Source of the DNA: Vicinamibacterales bacterium
GTDB lineage: Bacteria; Acidobacteriota; Vicinamibacteria; Vicinamibacterales; UBA2999
Assembly: GCA_035649635.1 (NCBI GenBank)
Contig: DASRJE010000193.1
Location: forward strand, 12,072-76,071
DNA length: 64,000 bases
Direction of reading: 5' to 3'
Position 1 is the stretch's first letter. Every line of letters begins with the position of its first letter. Of this stretch, positions 1-9,274 are shown piece by piece. The notes under the pieces are model-generated. The model was not told where the DNA came from and made no database searches. It saw nothing but the letters and a program-made list of their open reading frames with translations. The translations under genes were made by a program, and so were the position numbers.

Positions 1-686
1 TGCAGGTCGGTGAAATCGGCCGCTGCGCCGGACGGACCATCGAGGGACTTCACGTCTGCGACGAGTTGAATCAGATAGCCCGATACGAAACGTGCGGCCA
101 GCCCCAGGTGACGGAGGATCTGCACGAGCAGCCAGCCCGTGTCGCGGCACGAGCCGCTGCGAAGCGTCAGCGTCTCTTCGGGTGCCTGCACTCCGGGCTC
201 GAGTCGAATGACGTACTTGATGTCCTTCGACAGTTGCTGGTTCAGATCAACCAGGAATTCCACCGTTCTTCGCGGTCGGCGATCGATGCCCTTCAACAGA
301 TCGCACAGTTTTGGGCCGACAGGCGCGGGTTCGCGGAACGGGAGGAGGTCCTTCGCGAGCCACGGCTCGTACTCGAACGGGTAAGTCTCTGCCGAGGCTT
401 CGAGGAAGAAGTCGAACGGGTTGATGACCGACAACTCGGCAACCAGATCGACGTCCACCGCCAGCTCGCGCGTCTTCTCCGGGAATACGACTCGGGCCAG
501 GTAGTTGCCGTGCGGATCCTGCTGCCAGTTGAGGAACTGCGTACGCGGCTCCACTTTCAGCGAGTAACTCAGAACGGGCGTACGGCAGTGAGGCGCCGGG
601 CGAAGACGAACGGTGTGGGGCGACAGCGACACCGGCCGGTCGTAGCGATAGCGGGTCGTATGCGACAGGGCGACGTGAATCGGCAT
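1..686 (-). CDS. Transglutaminase-family protein, N-terminal 228 aa (gene continues past the left edge)
   Basis: My own translation of the minus strand from ATG 686-684 gives MPIHVALSHTTRYRYDRPVSLSPHTVRLRPAPHCRTPVLSYSLKVEP...TLRSGSCRDTGWLLVQILRHLGLAARFVSGY. That is a Bact_transglu_N-type start followed by the catalytic-Cys region of the transglutaminase core. It is absent from the ORF track because no stop lies in the window. It sits 9 nt after the alpha-E stop. Confidence 0.85.
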   Translation of the reverse strand, partial: MPIHVALSHTTRYRYDRPVSLSPHTVRLRPAPHCRTPVLSYSLKVEPRTQFLNWQQDPHGNYLARVVFPEKTRELAVDVDLVAELSVINPFDFFLEASAETYPFEYEPWLAKDLLPFREPAPVGPKLCDLLKGIDRRPRRTVEFLVDLNQQLSKDIKYVIRLEPGVQAPEETLTLRSGSCRDTGWLLVQILRHLGLAARFVSGYLIQLVADVKSLDGPSGAAADFTDL

Positions 687-695
687 GAGGTCCTG

Positions 696-1694
696 TTAGC
701 GTGTGCGGACGACGTCGCCACGACGCTGAGACTGCCGCTTGGGCACAGCGCCGCGGCCAGAGAAGAAGGTGTCGTAAATATGGGTGCCTACCTGGTTCAT
801 CTTTGTCTGCAATGCGTCCAGGTACTCGTGCAGACCCCCGGCGATGATCTCATCGACCTGCGCGTACGCCAGCTCCGAGCAGAGAAGGCCGAGCAATTGC
901 TCGACCGGCCCGCGGAACATCGCGGTCGGCGTCTCGGTGATCGCATGCACTGACTCTCGTGCCGCCTTCAGCGAGTGATGGATGGCGCGCGGGAAGTCGT
1001 GGTCGAGCAGCAGGAACTCGACGATGCGGGTGGGCGAGATGCGGCCGTGGCGTTTGTGATACATCTCGAAGGCGCTCGCCGATCGCAGCACCGCCGCCCA
1101 TTGCACGTCGTCCACCGTCGTGCCCACGTCGTCTACCTTCGGCAGCAGGAGAAAGTATTTGACGTCGAGGATCCGCGAGGTCTTGTCGGCCCGCTCGAGT
1201 TGCCGGCCCAGCCGGCAGAAATGCCAGCCCTCGTTGTGCGTCATCGTCGTGTCGGTGATGCCCGTGAAGGCCTGGCTGGCCGTCTTCACCGAAGCGAACA
1301 GCTCGTGCGGGTCGCTGACCTCGCCGTCATCACCGGCTGCGGCGGTCAGCATCAGGTACGACCCGTTGAGATGCTCCCACATCGCTGATGAGATGATCTC
1401 GCGCACCGAGCGGGCGCTCTCACGCGCTGCGCGGACGCAGGACAGAATCGAGTTGGGGTTCTTCGTGTCGAACGTGAGGAACTGGATGACCGACGTCTGG
1501 CAGGCCTCCCCGTAACGCTCGGCGAACTGCTCGGTGTCGCCAGTGATGTCTACGAGCGGCTGCCACTGCTGGTCGGAGCTGCCCGGGAAGTCGAGCATCA
1601 GGTTGAGATTGACGTCCACGAATCGGGCGACGTTCTCCGCCCGCTCGATGTAGCGGCTCATCCAGTAGATGGAATCGGCAACGCGGCTCAACAT
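696..1694 (-). CDS. Alpha-E domain protein (DUF403)
   Basis: ORF 696..1694. The start MLSRVADSIYWMSRYIERAENVARFVDVNLN is the characteristic alpha-E N-terminus. There is a 5-nt gap to the ATP-grasp gene. Confidence 0.9.
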   Translation of the reverse strand: MLSRVADSIYWMSRYIERAENVARFVDVNLNLMLDFPGSSDQQWQPLVDITGDTEQFAERYGEACQTSVIQFLTFDTKNPNSILSCVRAARESARSVREIISSAMWEHLNGSYLMLTAAAGDDGEVSDPHELFASVKTASQAFTGITDTTMTHNEGWHFCRLGRQLERADKTSRILDVKYFLLLPKVDDVGTTVDDVQWAAVLRSASAFEMYHKRHGRISPTRIVEFLLLDHDFPRAIHHSLKAARESVHAITETPTAMFRGPVEQLLGLLCSELAYAQVDEIIAGGLHEYLDALQTKMNQVGTHIYDTFFSGRGAVPKRQSQRRGDVVRTR

Positions 1695-1699
1695 GGCGG

Positions 1700-3196
1700 C
1701 TACCCTCGAAGGGCTGGCGTCATCACGGCATCGACCTCGGGACGATCGGTCTCGACGCGTGGATCACCAGCAAGCACCCAGGTGTCCTTGCTCCCGCCAC
1801 CCTGGGACGAATTGACAACCAACGATCCCTTTTTCAGTGCCACCCGCGTCAGGCCTCCGGGCAGCACGAAGATGTCCTTGCCATACAGAATGTAGGGACG
1901 GAGATCGACGTGTCGTCCCTCGAACGATCCGTCGACAATCGTCGGGACTCGCGACAACGAGAGCGTGGGCTGGGCGATGTAATTCCTTGGGTTCTCTTCG
2001 ATCTTCGCTGCGAACGCTGCCTGCTCGCTCTTCGAAGAGTGCGGCCCCACGAGCATGCCGTAGCCGCCCGACTCGTTGGCCGCCTTGACCACCAGCGAAG
2101 CGATGTTCTCCAGCACGTATTTGCGGTCGCGATCCTCCGCGCAGATGTAGGTCGGGACGTTTGGCAGGATGATGTCTTCGTTCAGGTAGTACTTCACGAT
2201 CTTGGGCACGTACGCGTAGATGACTTTGTCGTCGGCCACCCCGGTGCCGGGTGCGTTCGCCAGCGCGACCCGCCCGGCGATGTAGACCTCCATCAACCCC
2301 GGAACACCAAGCATCGAATCAGCTCTGAACACTGTCGGATCCAGGAAGTCGTCGTCCACGCGCCGGTAGATCACGTCGACACGCTCGAAGCCCTTCGTGG
2401 TCCGCATCCAGACAAAGCCGTCAGAGGCGACGAGGTCGCGGCCCTCGACGAGCTCGACGCCCATTTGCAGCGCCAGAAACGAGTGCTCGAAGTAGGCGGA
2501 GTTGTACGGACCGGGGGTCAACACCACGACGCGTGGAGACTCGACACCGTCGGGTGCGAGATGCTCGAGCGTCGCGCGGAGATGGCTCGGATAGTCGTCC
2601 ACCGGCCGAATGCGCGAGGCCGCGAAGACCTGCGGGAAGGTCCGCTTCATCACATTTCGGTTCTGAAGGACGTACGAGACGCCCGATGGACAGCGGAGGT
2701 TGTCCTCGAGCACGTAAACCTGGCCGTCGGAGTGCCGAACCAGATCGGTTCCGGTGACATGGCACCAGATGCCGCGCGGTGGATTCAGCCCGGCGCACGG
2801 AGCCCGCAACGACTTGGCGGTCTCCAGCACGTACGCAGGGATCACGCCGTCTTTCAAGATCCGTCGATCGTGATAGATGTCGTTGATGAACAGGTTCAGT
2901 GCGTGGATGCGTTGCTTGAGGCCACGCTCGATCGTCCGCCACTCGGCCGCCGCGACGATGCGCGGGATAAGGTCGAAGGGAAAGATGCGTTCAGTCCCCT
3001 CGTCCTCGCCGTAGACGTTGAACGTGATTCCCATCGCGAGCAACGCCCGCTCTGCGGATCGCTGTCGGCGCTCAATCTCGCCGGGAGGCAACGCATCGAT
3101 CACTTGTGTGAGCGCGTGCGCGGCCAGACGCGGCGCTCCCGCCCTGGCGAACATCTCGTCGAAAAATTCTTCCGGGTCGTAGTGAGCGAAGGTCAT
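1700..3196 (-). CDS. Circularly permuted type-2 ATP-grasp protein (DUF404/DUF407)
   Basis: ORF 1700..3196, 498 aa, with family-typical stretches (ITFNVYGEDEGTERIFPFDLIPRI, VVKAANESGGYGMLVGP). It has the conserved position upstream of alpha-E and transglutaminase genes. Confidence 0.9.
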   Translation of the reverse strand: MTFAHYDPEEFFDEMFARAGAPRLAAHALTQVIDALPPGEIERRQRSAERALLAMGITFNVYGEDEGTERIFPFDLIPRIVAAAEWRTIERGLKQRIHALNLFINDIYHDRRILKDGVIPAYVLETAKSLRAPCAGLNPPRGIWCHVTGTDLVRHSDGQVYVLEDNLRCPSGVSYVLQNRNVMKRTFPQVFAASRIRPVDDYPSHLRATLEHLAPDGVESPRVVVLTPGPYNSAYFEHSFLALQMGVELVEGRDLVASDGFVWMRTTKGFERVDVIYRRVDDDFLDPTVFRADSMLGVPGLMEVYIAGRVALANAPGTGVADDKVIYAYVPKIVKYYLNEDIILPNVPTYICAEDRDRKYVLENIASLVVKAANESGGYGMLVGPHSSKSEQAAFAAKIEENPRNYIAQPTLSLSRVPTIVDGSFEGRHVDLRPYILYGKDIFVLPGGLTRVALKKGSLVVNSSQGGGSKDTWVLAGDPRVETDRPEVDAVMTPALRG

Positions 3197-3261
3197 CGCA
3201 GTACTAACCCGTATTCTTGATCTCGTTCCGCCCTCTGACTACTCCACAAAAGTGAAATACA

Positions 3262-4395
3262 TCATCGATTTGGCAACATTGTTGTCGCCATTCCATGCTT
3301 CAGCTGCTCCGCACCGGCTTTCTCGATGATGTCGTGGACGAAGCGAAGCTTCGCGATGGCCGGCTCGGAGAGGATGAAGGGATACAGGTCGGCGAGCCCC
3401 ATGCTTCGATTCAGGCTGTTCAGAGCGTTCGTGAGCGGGAACCACGCAGCGATCAGGTCGTCGAAATCGTCGAAGTGCAGTCGCCTCGCCGTCATATCGG
3501 GAAGCGGCGCGCCGGACGCGGCTCTGGGCTTGAGCGCCAAACCGTACGCGCGAGCCGTTTCCAGCGTGTCGACGATGTGAAGGTAGTGCGCGAAGGTTTC
3601 CGCCCAGTCTTCCCAGGGATGCATCGACGCATAGGCGCTGACGAAGCGCTGCGTCCACTCGGCCGGAGGTCCTGCCTCGTAGTGCTGTTTCTGCGCCTCG
3701 GCATAGTCGGCGGTCTCGTCACCGAACAGCGCTCGAAATGGCTCGATCGAGCGCTGATGCTTGATCAGCCTGTCCCAGTAGTAGTGACCAATCTCGTGCC
3801 GGAAATGGCCGAGGAGCGTACGGTAGGGCTCACCCAGTTCCTGGCGCGTCTTCTCGCGAAACGGATCATTGGCCTCGGCGATATTGATCGTGATGAGCCC
3901 CTCGTTGTGGCCGGTGAAAACGGCCTCTGTGGCCGAGCTGCTCTTGAAGGAAAACGCCAGCCCATGCTCCTCGCCGGCCGATCGCGGTTCGATTGGAAGA
4001 CCAAACGCCAGCAGGCTGTAGAGGAGCCGCCGTTTGGCCGCTTCGAGACGTGCCCATGCCAGCTTCGCCTCCGGAGCGTCGATATCGGGGATCACGTCGT
4101 TGAGCGCACACGAGAGACAGAATGGGCTCTCACTGTCGATCGGGACCGCCCAGTTGCACACATCGTGGCGAACATAGTTGGCGCAGAGCCGGTAGCGATC
4201 GCTCCCAGCCTCCGGGGCGAGCGCCGTGAATTCAGTCTGTTCTGTCGGGATCGCGTTGGCTTGCGCCGGCGGCGGGTCGAGGGCGCTCAGTACGTTCGAG
4301 TCAGGCAAATAGGCGAGGCGATGCCCGCATCGCTCACAGAGAGTGTTTTCGAAGAACAGAACTTGGCCGCAGTTGGCGCAGGTGAACAGTTTCAT
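3262..4395 (-). CDS. Zinc-ribbon plus HExxH zinc metallopeptidase-like protein
   Basis: ORF 3262..4731 trimmed to ATG 4395 (alternative ATG at 4410). The N-terminus MKLFTCANCGQVLFFENTLCERCGH is a CxxC...CxxC ribbon. A later HEIGHYYW is an HExxH motif. It lies on the same strand, 65 nt upstream of the ATP-grasp gene. Confidence 0.8.
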   Translation of the reverse strand: MKLFTCANCGQVLFFENTLCERCGHRLAYLPDSNVLSALDPPPAQANAIPTEQTEFTALAPEAGSDRYRLCANYVRHDVCNWAVPIDSESPFCLSCALNDVIPDIDAPEAKLAWARLEAAKRRLLYSLLAFGLPIEPRSAGEEHGLAFSFKSSSATEAVFTGHNEGLITINIAEANDPFREKTRQELGEPYRTLLGHFRHEIGHYYWDRLIKHQRSIEPFRALFGDETADYAEAQKQHYEAGPPAEWTQRFVSAYASMHPWEDWAETFAHYLHIVDTLETARAYGLALKPRAASGAPLPDMTARRLHFDDFDDLIAAWFPLTNALNSLNRSMGLADLYPFILSEPAIAKLRFVHDIIEKAGAEQLKHGMATTMLPNR

Positions 4396-4475
4396 GCCGC
4401 CAGTCGTCATGCATCGAGCGCGCCAGCTATTGGTCGCTGGAAGAGGCTGATCGTTGTGCCCGCCGCCTCGGGCGC

Positions 4476-4484
4476 TGGTAGAAT
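4476..4484 (+). promoter_or_regulatory. Possible extended -10 element (TGgTAGAAT) for the esterase-family gene
   Basis: TG at 4476-4477 and TAGAAT at 4479-4484, about 33 nt upstream of ATG 4517. No convincing -35 element. Confidence 0.3.
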
Positions 4485-4516
4485 CCGGGCGCCAGCCCTG
4501 TCGGGAGTCACGAGGA

Positions 4517-6259
4517 ATGCGTCGAACTCTCGTCGGTCTTTTTGTCGTGGGCGCTGTCGTTGCCCTCTCTGCGCAGAGGCAACAGGAAGCGGCGGTTGCG
4601 GAATGGGTCCGATCGACGGCTATCCGGCTGCAGACAGTTGAAGCGGGCCACGGGTTCGCCGACCTGCAGCCGCTCAAGCGAGTGGTCGGCAACGCCCGGA
4701 TCGTCGCGCTGGGAGAGGCCACCCACGGCACGCGAGAGTTCTTTCAGCTCAAGCATCGCTTGCTCGAGTTCCTGGCCACCGAGATGGGGTTCACGATCTT
4801 CTCCATCGAGGCGAATCTGCCGGAGGCGTATCGACTCAACGACTACGTCCTGAATGGCGTCGGTGACCCCAGACAACTCCTGCGCGGTATGTACTTCTGG
4901 ACGTGGGACACCGAAGAAGTGCTCGACATGATCCTGTGGATGCGCGCGTTCAACGCCTCGGGCAGGGGCCGCGTGCAGTTCACCGGATTCGACATGCAAA
5001 CACCAACGGTCGCGATGGAGATCGTGCGCGGGTTCGTTGCCCGATACGATCCGGCTTCCGTCACGGCGATCGCCCGCGCAAACGCCGACATACTGTCCCT
5101 GAGCCTCCCATCGAGCTTTGGTGTAGCGACGAGTACGTTCCCTATCGCGTTTGCGGCCGGCAAACGCGTCCGCTACAGCGGCTTCATCAAGACGACGGGC
5201 GTGACGCGCGGATACGCCGGGCTCTGGTGGCGCGTTGACGGTGAGAGCGGGATCCTCGCGTTCGACAACATGTCGAACCGTGGCGTGACGGGAACGAGTG
5301 AGTGGGCGAGATACGAGATCGATCTGCCGGTCGCAGCCAATGCACGGAACATCAACTTCGGCGCCCTGCACACCGGCGATGGCACGGCGTGGTTCGACGG
5401 CCTGACGATCGAGCTCGATGGCGTCCCGTACACCAATCAGAGCTTCTTCGACCTCGACTTCGAGTCAACGACCCCACGAGGCTTCGCCGTGGGGGGCGCG
5501 GGCTATGAGGTTCAGCTCGATCGGCAGACCGTGCGCAACGGGAATCAGAGCCTGCGCATGACGTATCGCTCTGCGGCGCCGGGACAGATCGATGCGGCGC
5601 GTGTGACGGCGACATGGAAGGACGTCGTCCGCACTCTCGAGGCCAATCGAGCGGCGTACCGGTCGCGCGGCGCGACCGAACAGGAAATCGAGTGGGCCAC
5701 TCGGAATGCCATCGTCGTGTTGCAGGGCGTGCAAATGCGTACGAACGAGGTCAGCCGCGATCAGAGCATGGCGGAAAACATCAAGTGGATTCTCGACCAG
5801 TCGCCGAAGGAGAAGATCGTGCTGTGGGCGCACAACGGGCACGTCGCCGCCGGAGGCTTCGGGGGCTTCGAGCCGATGGGCGCGACACTCCGGAAGTTGT
5901 ACGGCAGCGAGATGGTCGTGTTCGGATTTGCGTTCAACCAGGGAGCATTCCAGGCGATGGGACGGCCGATCGGTCTGAGCACATTTACGGTCGCTCCGGC
6001 GCCGGCCGGTAGTCTGGACGCAACACTCTCTTCGGCCCGCATTCCGGCGTTCGCGTTGGACTGGCGGCGCGCACCGTTCGCCGGACGTGGCGTTGTCGTT
6101 GGCCCGTGGATCAACGAACAGAAGAAGACGCGCTGGGTCGGCTCCACCTATTTCGAGAGTGCGCCCGAGGCCTTCTGGATCGATCTGCGCGCGCGCGAGG
6201 CGTTCGACGTGACGCTGTTCATCGAGATGACGACGGCAGCGCGCAGCAACCCTCGTTAG
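4517..6259 (+). CDS. Secreted erythromycin-esterase (EreA/ChaN-like) family protein with an inserted beta-rich domain
   Basis: ORF 4454..6259 trimmed to ATG 4517 (GAGGA RBS). Signal-like MRRTLVGLFVVGAVVALSAQ. Family motifs IVALGEATHGTREFF and IVLWAHNGHV. An insert of about 150 aa lies between them. Confidence 0.8.
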   Translation: MRRTLVGLFVVGAVVALSAQRQQEAAVAEWVRSTAIRLQTVEAGHGFADLQPLKRVVGNARIVALGEATHGTREFFQLKHRLLEFLATEMGFTIFSIEANLPEAYRLNDYVLNGVGDPRQLLRGMYFWTWDTEEVLDMILWMRAFNASGRGRVQFTGFDMQTPTVAMEIVRGFVARYDPASVTAIARANADILSLSLPSSFGVATSTFPIAFAAGKRVRYSGFIKTTGVTRGYAGLWWRVDGESGILAFDNMSNRGVTGTSEWARYEIDLPVAANARNINFGALHTGDGTAWFDGLTIELDGVPYTNQSFFDLDFESTTPRGFAVGGAGYEVQLDRQTVRNGNQSLRMTYRSAAPGQIDAARVTATWKDVVRTLEANRAAYRSRGATEQEIEWATRNAIVVLQGVQMRTNEVSRDQSMAENIKWILDQSPKEKIVLWAHNGHVAAGGFGGFEPMGATLRKLYGSEMVVFGFAFNQGAFQAMGRPIGLSTFTVAPAPAGSLDATLSSARIPAFALDWRRAPFAGRGVVVGPWINEQKKTRWVGSTYFESAPEAFWIDLRAREAFDVTLFIEMTTAARSNPR

Positions 6260-6429
6260 CCCGTTATTCGGGCCAAGGCGATTTATACTCGTTCTCACAA
6301 CCGCAGCAGCCACGCGAAGCGCGGCAATAGATACTGCGGAACTGGAACCCCGCAGGCGCGAATTTCGTTCCTCCTTATAGTGGGCGGCGCGCGGTGCACA
6401 CCGTTCAGCATTCGCATTTACCTGATGCG

Positions 6430-6576
6430 ATGACCACCTTCCTCATGCGGCTATTCGGGCTGTTGCTCCTGACGTTCGCCATCTCTGCCTCGAGTTGCCA
6501 GGCCGTGTTCCAAGGGGGACCGTCGAAGAATGCGCCGCAACAGCTGAGCCCGGCGTCGTTCCAGCATGACCGGTGA
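6430..6576 (+). CDS. Possible small lipoprotein
   Basis: MTTFLMRLFGLLLLTFAISASSC resembles a lipoprotein signal with a lipobox-like ASSC. It overlaps the xpaC-like start by 11 nt. There is no family support. Confidence 0.3.
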   Translation: MTTFLMRLFGLLLLTFAISASSCQAVFQGGPSKNAPQQLSPASFQHDR

Positions 6577-7480
6577 CCCCAGAGGCGTGGCCCCTGTGAA
6601 CGTTCGAATTGGCGCCGTGGCGGCGGCGAAAGCATCGCTGGCGAGGTTCCGAGCGCGCCTGAAGGTGGCCACGTCCGCTGCGCTGTTCCTGCTTCCACTG
6701 CCCCTGTTGATCGTCATTGCCGGTGCACTCATTGCCGACGATATCGAGCGGCTCACGCTGGCGGCAAGCGCACTTGCCTGTTTCTGGATCGCCGGGGTCC
6801 TGACGTGGCGCGGCCTGGCCAGCGAGATGGGTTACGTACTCGGCGAGGAAATCGACCTCGATCGGATCCCTCGCAAGTTCCTGGGCGCCCTGCTCACGGC
6901 CGGCGGTGCGGCACTGGCGGCTTTGACCGCGAACCACAGCGTGGTTGGTGCGGCGACGTTCGCTGCACTTGGCGGCGTCGGCCATCTCTGTTTCTACGGG
7001 TTGGACATGCGCGTGCGTCGGGTGACCGTTACACCAGTGGACGGGCTGGACGTCGGCAGCATCGCCGATCAGCTCGAGCAGGCCCATCTGCGCCTGCGAC
7101 GCATCGATGCCGCGGCGATCGCCATTGCAGTCCCCGAGTTTCGCAGCCGCCTCGCGCGAATCACCGCGGCCGGCCGCGATATCCTCACCGAGATCGCACG
7201 CGATCCACGCAAGGCCAGCGGGGCACGACGCTTTCTCAACCTGTTTCTCGACAGCACCGAGCGGGTCACCGCCGAATACGCCCGCACGCACCCTGGCATC
7301 AGGAGCCGTCCGCTCGAGGAGAACTTCCGAAAGCTGCTTCTCGACATGGAGCAGACATTCTCCCGGCAGCAGCGCAAGCTCCTTGAGAGCGATGCCGTGT
7401 CGCTCGATGTCGAGATGGAAGTGCTGAATGCGCGCCTGAAGCAGGAAGGCGTAATCGAATACGTGGAGAAACGAATATGA
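6566..7480 (+). CDS. XpaC-like (5-bromo-4-chloroindolyl phosphate hydrolysis protein family) membrane protein
   Basis: ORF 6566..7480. Two or three hydrophobic helices are followed by a helical C-terminal half (RFLNLFLDSTERVTAEYAR...LDVEMEVLNARLKQEG). It has an ATGA overlap with the telA-like gene, and that pairing is the classic xpaC-telA/yaaN arrangement. Confidence 0.7.
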   Translation: MTGDPRGVAPVNVRIGAVAAAKASLARFRARLKVATSAALFLLPLPLLIVIAGALIADDIERLTLAASALACFWIAGVLTWRGLASEMGYVLGEEIDLDRIPRKFLGALLTAGGAALAALTANHSVVGAATFAALGGVGHLCFYGLDMRVRRVTVTPVDGLDVGSIADQLEQAHLRLRRIDAAAIAIAVPEFRSRLARITAAGRDILTEIARDPRKASGARRFLNLFLDSTERVTAEYARTHPGIRSRPLEENFRKLLLDMEQTFSRQQRKLLESDAVSLDVEMEVLNARLKQEGVIEYVEKRI

Positions 7481-8628
7481 GCGATACGAATCCGACGACC
7501 GCACCGCGCCCCGGTGCACCCGCAGCTGCTCCTCAGCTACCGGCCAAGGAGATCCAGTCGTACGACGCGGAGCCGCCCGAGCACCGGGCGGACATCGATC
7601 GCGTCCTCTCCGAGCTCGACATCAACGACAGCAATACCATCCTGTTCTTTGGCACGAACGCGCAGGAAGAAGTCACGTCTGTCGCCGATGAGATGCTGGA
7701 GGGCGTCCGCAACAAGGAGACTGGCGCTGCCGGCCAAACCTTGAACGAGATGGTTTCTACCTTACGAGGATTCTCGGCGCAGGAGCTCGATCCGAACCGA
7801 AAGTCCGGTGTGATGTCGCGGCTGCTCGGCCGCGCCCGGCCGCTTGCAAAAGTGCTGCAGCAGTACGAACAGGTCCGCTCGCAGATCGATGCGATCAGCA
7901 ATCGTCTCGACGCACACACGAGCACGTTGATGAAGGACATCGGCATGCTGGACCGCTTGTACGAGCGCACTCTCGACTACTTTCGTCGCCTCGAGATCTA
8001 CATCGCCGCCGGCGATGAGCGCCTGCGCCGCCTCGACACGCAGGAGTTGCCCGCGCTCGCACGCGAGGCCGAATCGAGCAAAGACGTGGTGAAGGCGCAG
8101 CGGCTCGCCGATCTGCGTGCCAAACGCGACGATCTCGAGCGGCGCGTGCACGATCTCAAGCTGACGAGACAGGTCACGATGCAGAGCCTGCCCTCGATCC
8201 GGATCGTGCAGCAGAACGATTCGGCACTGGTCGCGAAAATCGAGTCGACGATCGCGAACACGATTCCGCTGTGGCGGCAACAGTTCGCGATTGCGGTTAC
8301 CGTCGCCCGTTCGGCGGAAGCCGGCGAGACCCTGCAGAGGGCCACCGATTTGACCAACGAGCTGTTGACCGCCAACGCCGAGGCTCTGCGTACGTCGACT
8401 CAGACAATACGCACCCAGGTGGAGCGCGGCATTGTCGACATCGCCGCGCTGAAGAAGGCCAACGATGCGCTCATCGCAACCATCGATGACGCGGTTCGCA
8501 TTGCCGCTGAAGGCAAACGCCAGCGGGTCGAAGCAGAGAAACAACTCGCGGCCTGCGAGGCGGAACTGAAGCAGGCGATTGTGGCCGCGCGCTCCCGAAC
8601 GGCGGCCGCTGCGTCGCGGCCATCGTGA
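7477..8628 (+). CDS. telA: TelA/KlaA toxic-anion-resistance family protein
   Basis: ORF 7477..8628. ILFFGTNAQEEVTSVADEML...LDRLYERTLDYFRRLEIYIAAGDERL is typical TelA. Confidence 0.9.
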   Translation: MSDTNPTTAPRPGAPAAAPQLPAKEIQSYDAEPPEHRADIDRVLSELDINDSNTILFFGTNAQEEVTSVADEMLEGVRNKETGAAGQTLNEMVSTLRGFSAQELDPNRKSGVMSRLLGRARPLAKVLQQYEQVRSQIDAISNRLDAHTSTLMKDIGMLDRLYERTLDYFRRLEIYIAAGDERLRRLDTQELPALAREAESSKDVVKAQRLADLRAKRDDLERRVHDLKLTRQVTMQSLPSIRIVQQNDSALVAKIESTIANTIPLWRQQFAIAVTVARSAEAGETLQRATDLTNELLTANAEALRTSTQTIRTQVERGIVDIAALKKANDALIATIDDAVRIAAEGKRQRVEAEKQLAACEAELKQAIVAARSRTAAAASRPS

Positions 8629-9274
8629 AGCTGCTCGGGACTCATGTAGGCGAGCGTGCCAAGCACCGTCGCGCCGGTCATGTCGGCGATGGTCGAGACA
8701 GCAGTGTGACGCCCAGCGATGAGGAGGCGGTGAGCGGATCGGCAGCATCGGGCTTGGCCAGACCGAAGTCGAGCAGCTTCACCGCGCCCGTGCGCGTCAG
8801 GCCGATGTTGCTCGGCTTCAGGTCGCGATGCACGATCCCCCGCTCGTGCGCTGCGTCGAGGGCTTCCGCGATTTGCCGGGCGAGGCCGAGCACGGTGTTC
8901 ACCGCAAGTCCATGACCTGCACCGGTCAGGAGATCGGCGAGTGTCCCGCCATCGATGAACTCCAGGACCAGCGCGCGCAGGCTCGCGGCCTCTTCGATAC
9001 CGTAGATCGTGGCGATGGCAGGATGGTTGAGCGACGCCAGCACGCGCGCCTCGCGTTCGAAGCGCGCGACACGATCGGCATCACCGGTAAATGCCGCCGG
9101 GAGCATCTTGATGGCAACGTCGCGGCCAAGCCGCGTGTCCAGGGCGCGGTACACCTCGCCCATTCCGCCTTCGCCAAGCTTCTCGAGGACGCGAAAGGCA
9201 CCAATCCGTTCGATCACGACACGCGAATCGGGACTTCCTGGATTGCGTTGTTGCCGTATCCGAGCCGGTTCCAC
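8629..9274 (-). pseudogene. Ser/Thr protein kinase remnant (frameshifted and 3'-truncated)
   Basis: ORF 8678..9274 carries GEGGMGEVYRA, AIK, HRDLKPSN and DFGLAK, then stops. The activation-loop/APE segment TGATVLGTLAYMSPEQL continues in another frame (ORF 8400..8681). Kinase-like sequence ends exactly where the telA stop codon (8626-8628) lies. Confidence 0.8.

Noticed and set aside
66-953. Long ORFs antisense to well-supported genes (for example 66..953, 1910..3220, 3295..4641, 6443..7519, 7762..8748, 12043..13071, 36779..37798, 39746..40669, 53370..54227)
   Set aside because: The translations are Arg/Ala/Pro-rich and low-complexity with no family motifs. The opposite strand in each case encodes a recognisable protein. 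Such shadow ORFs are expected at this GC content.
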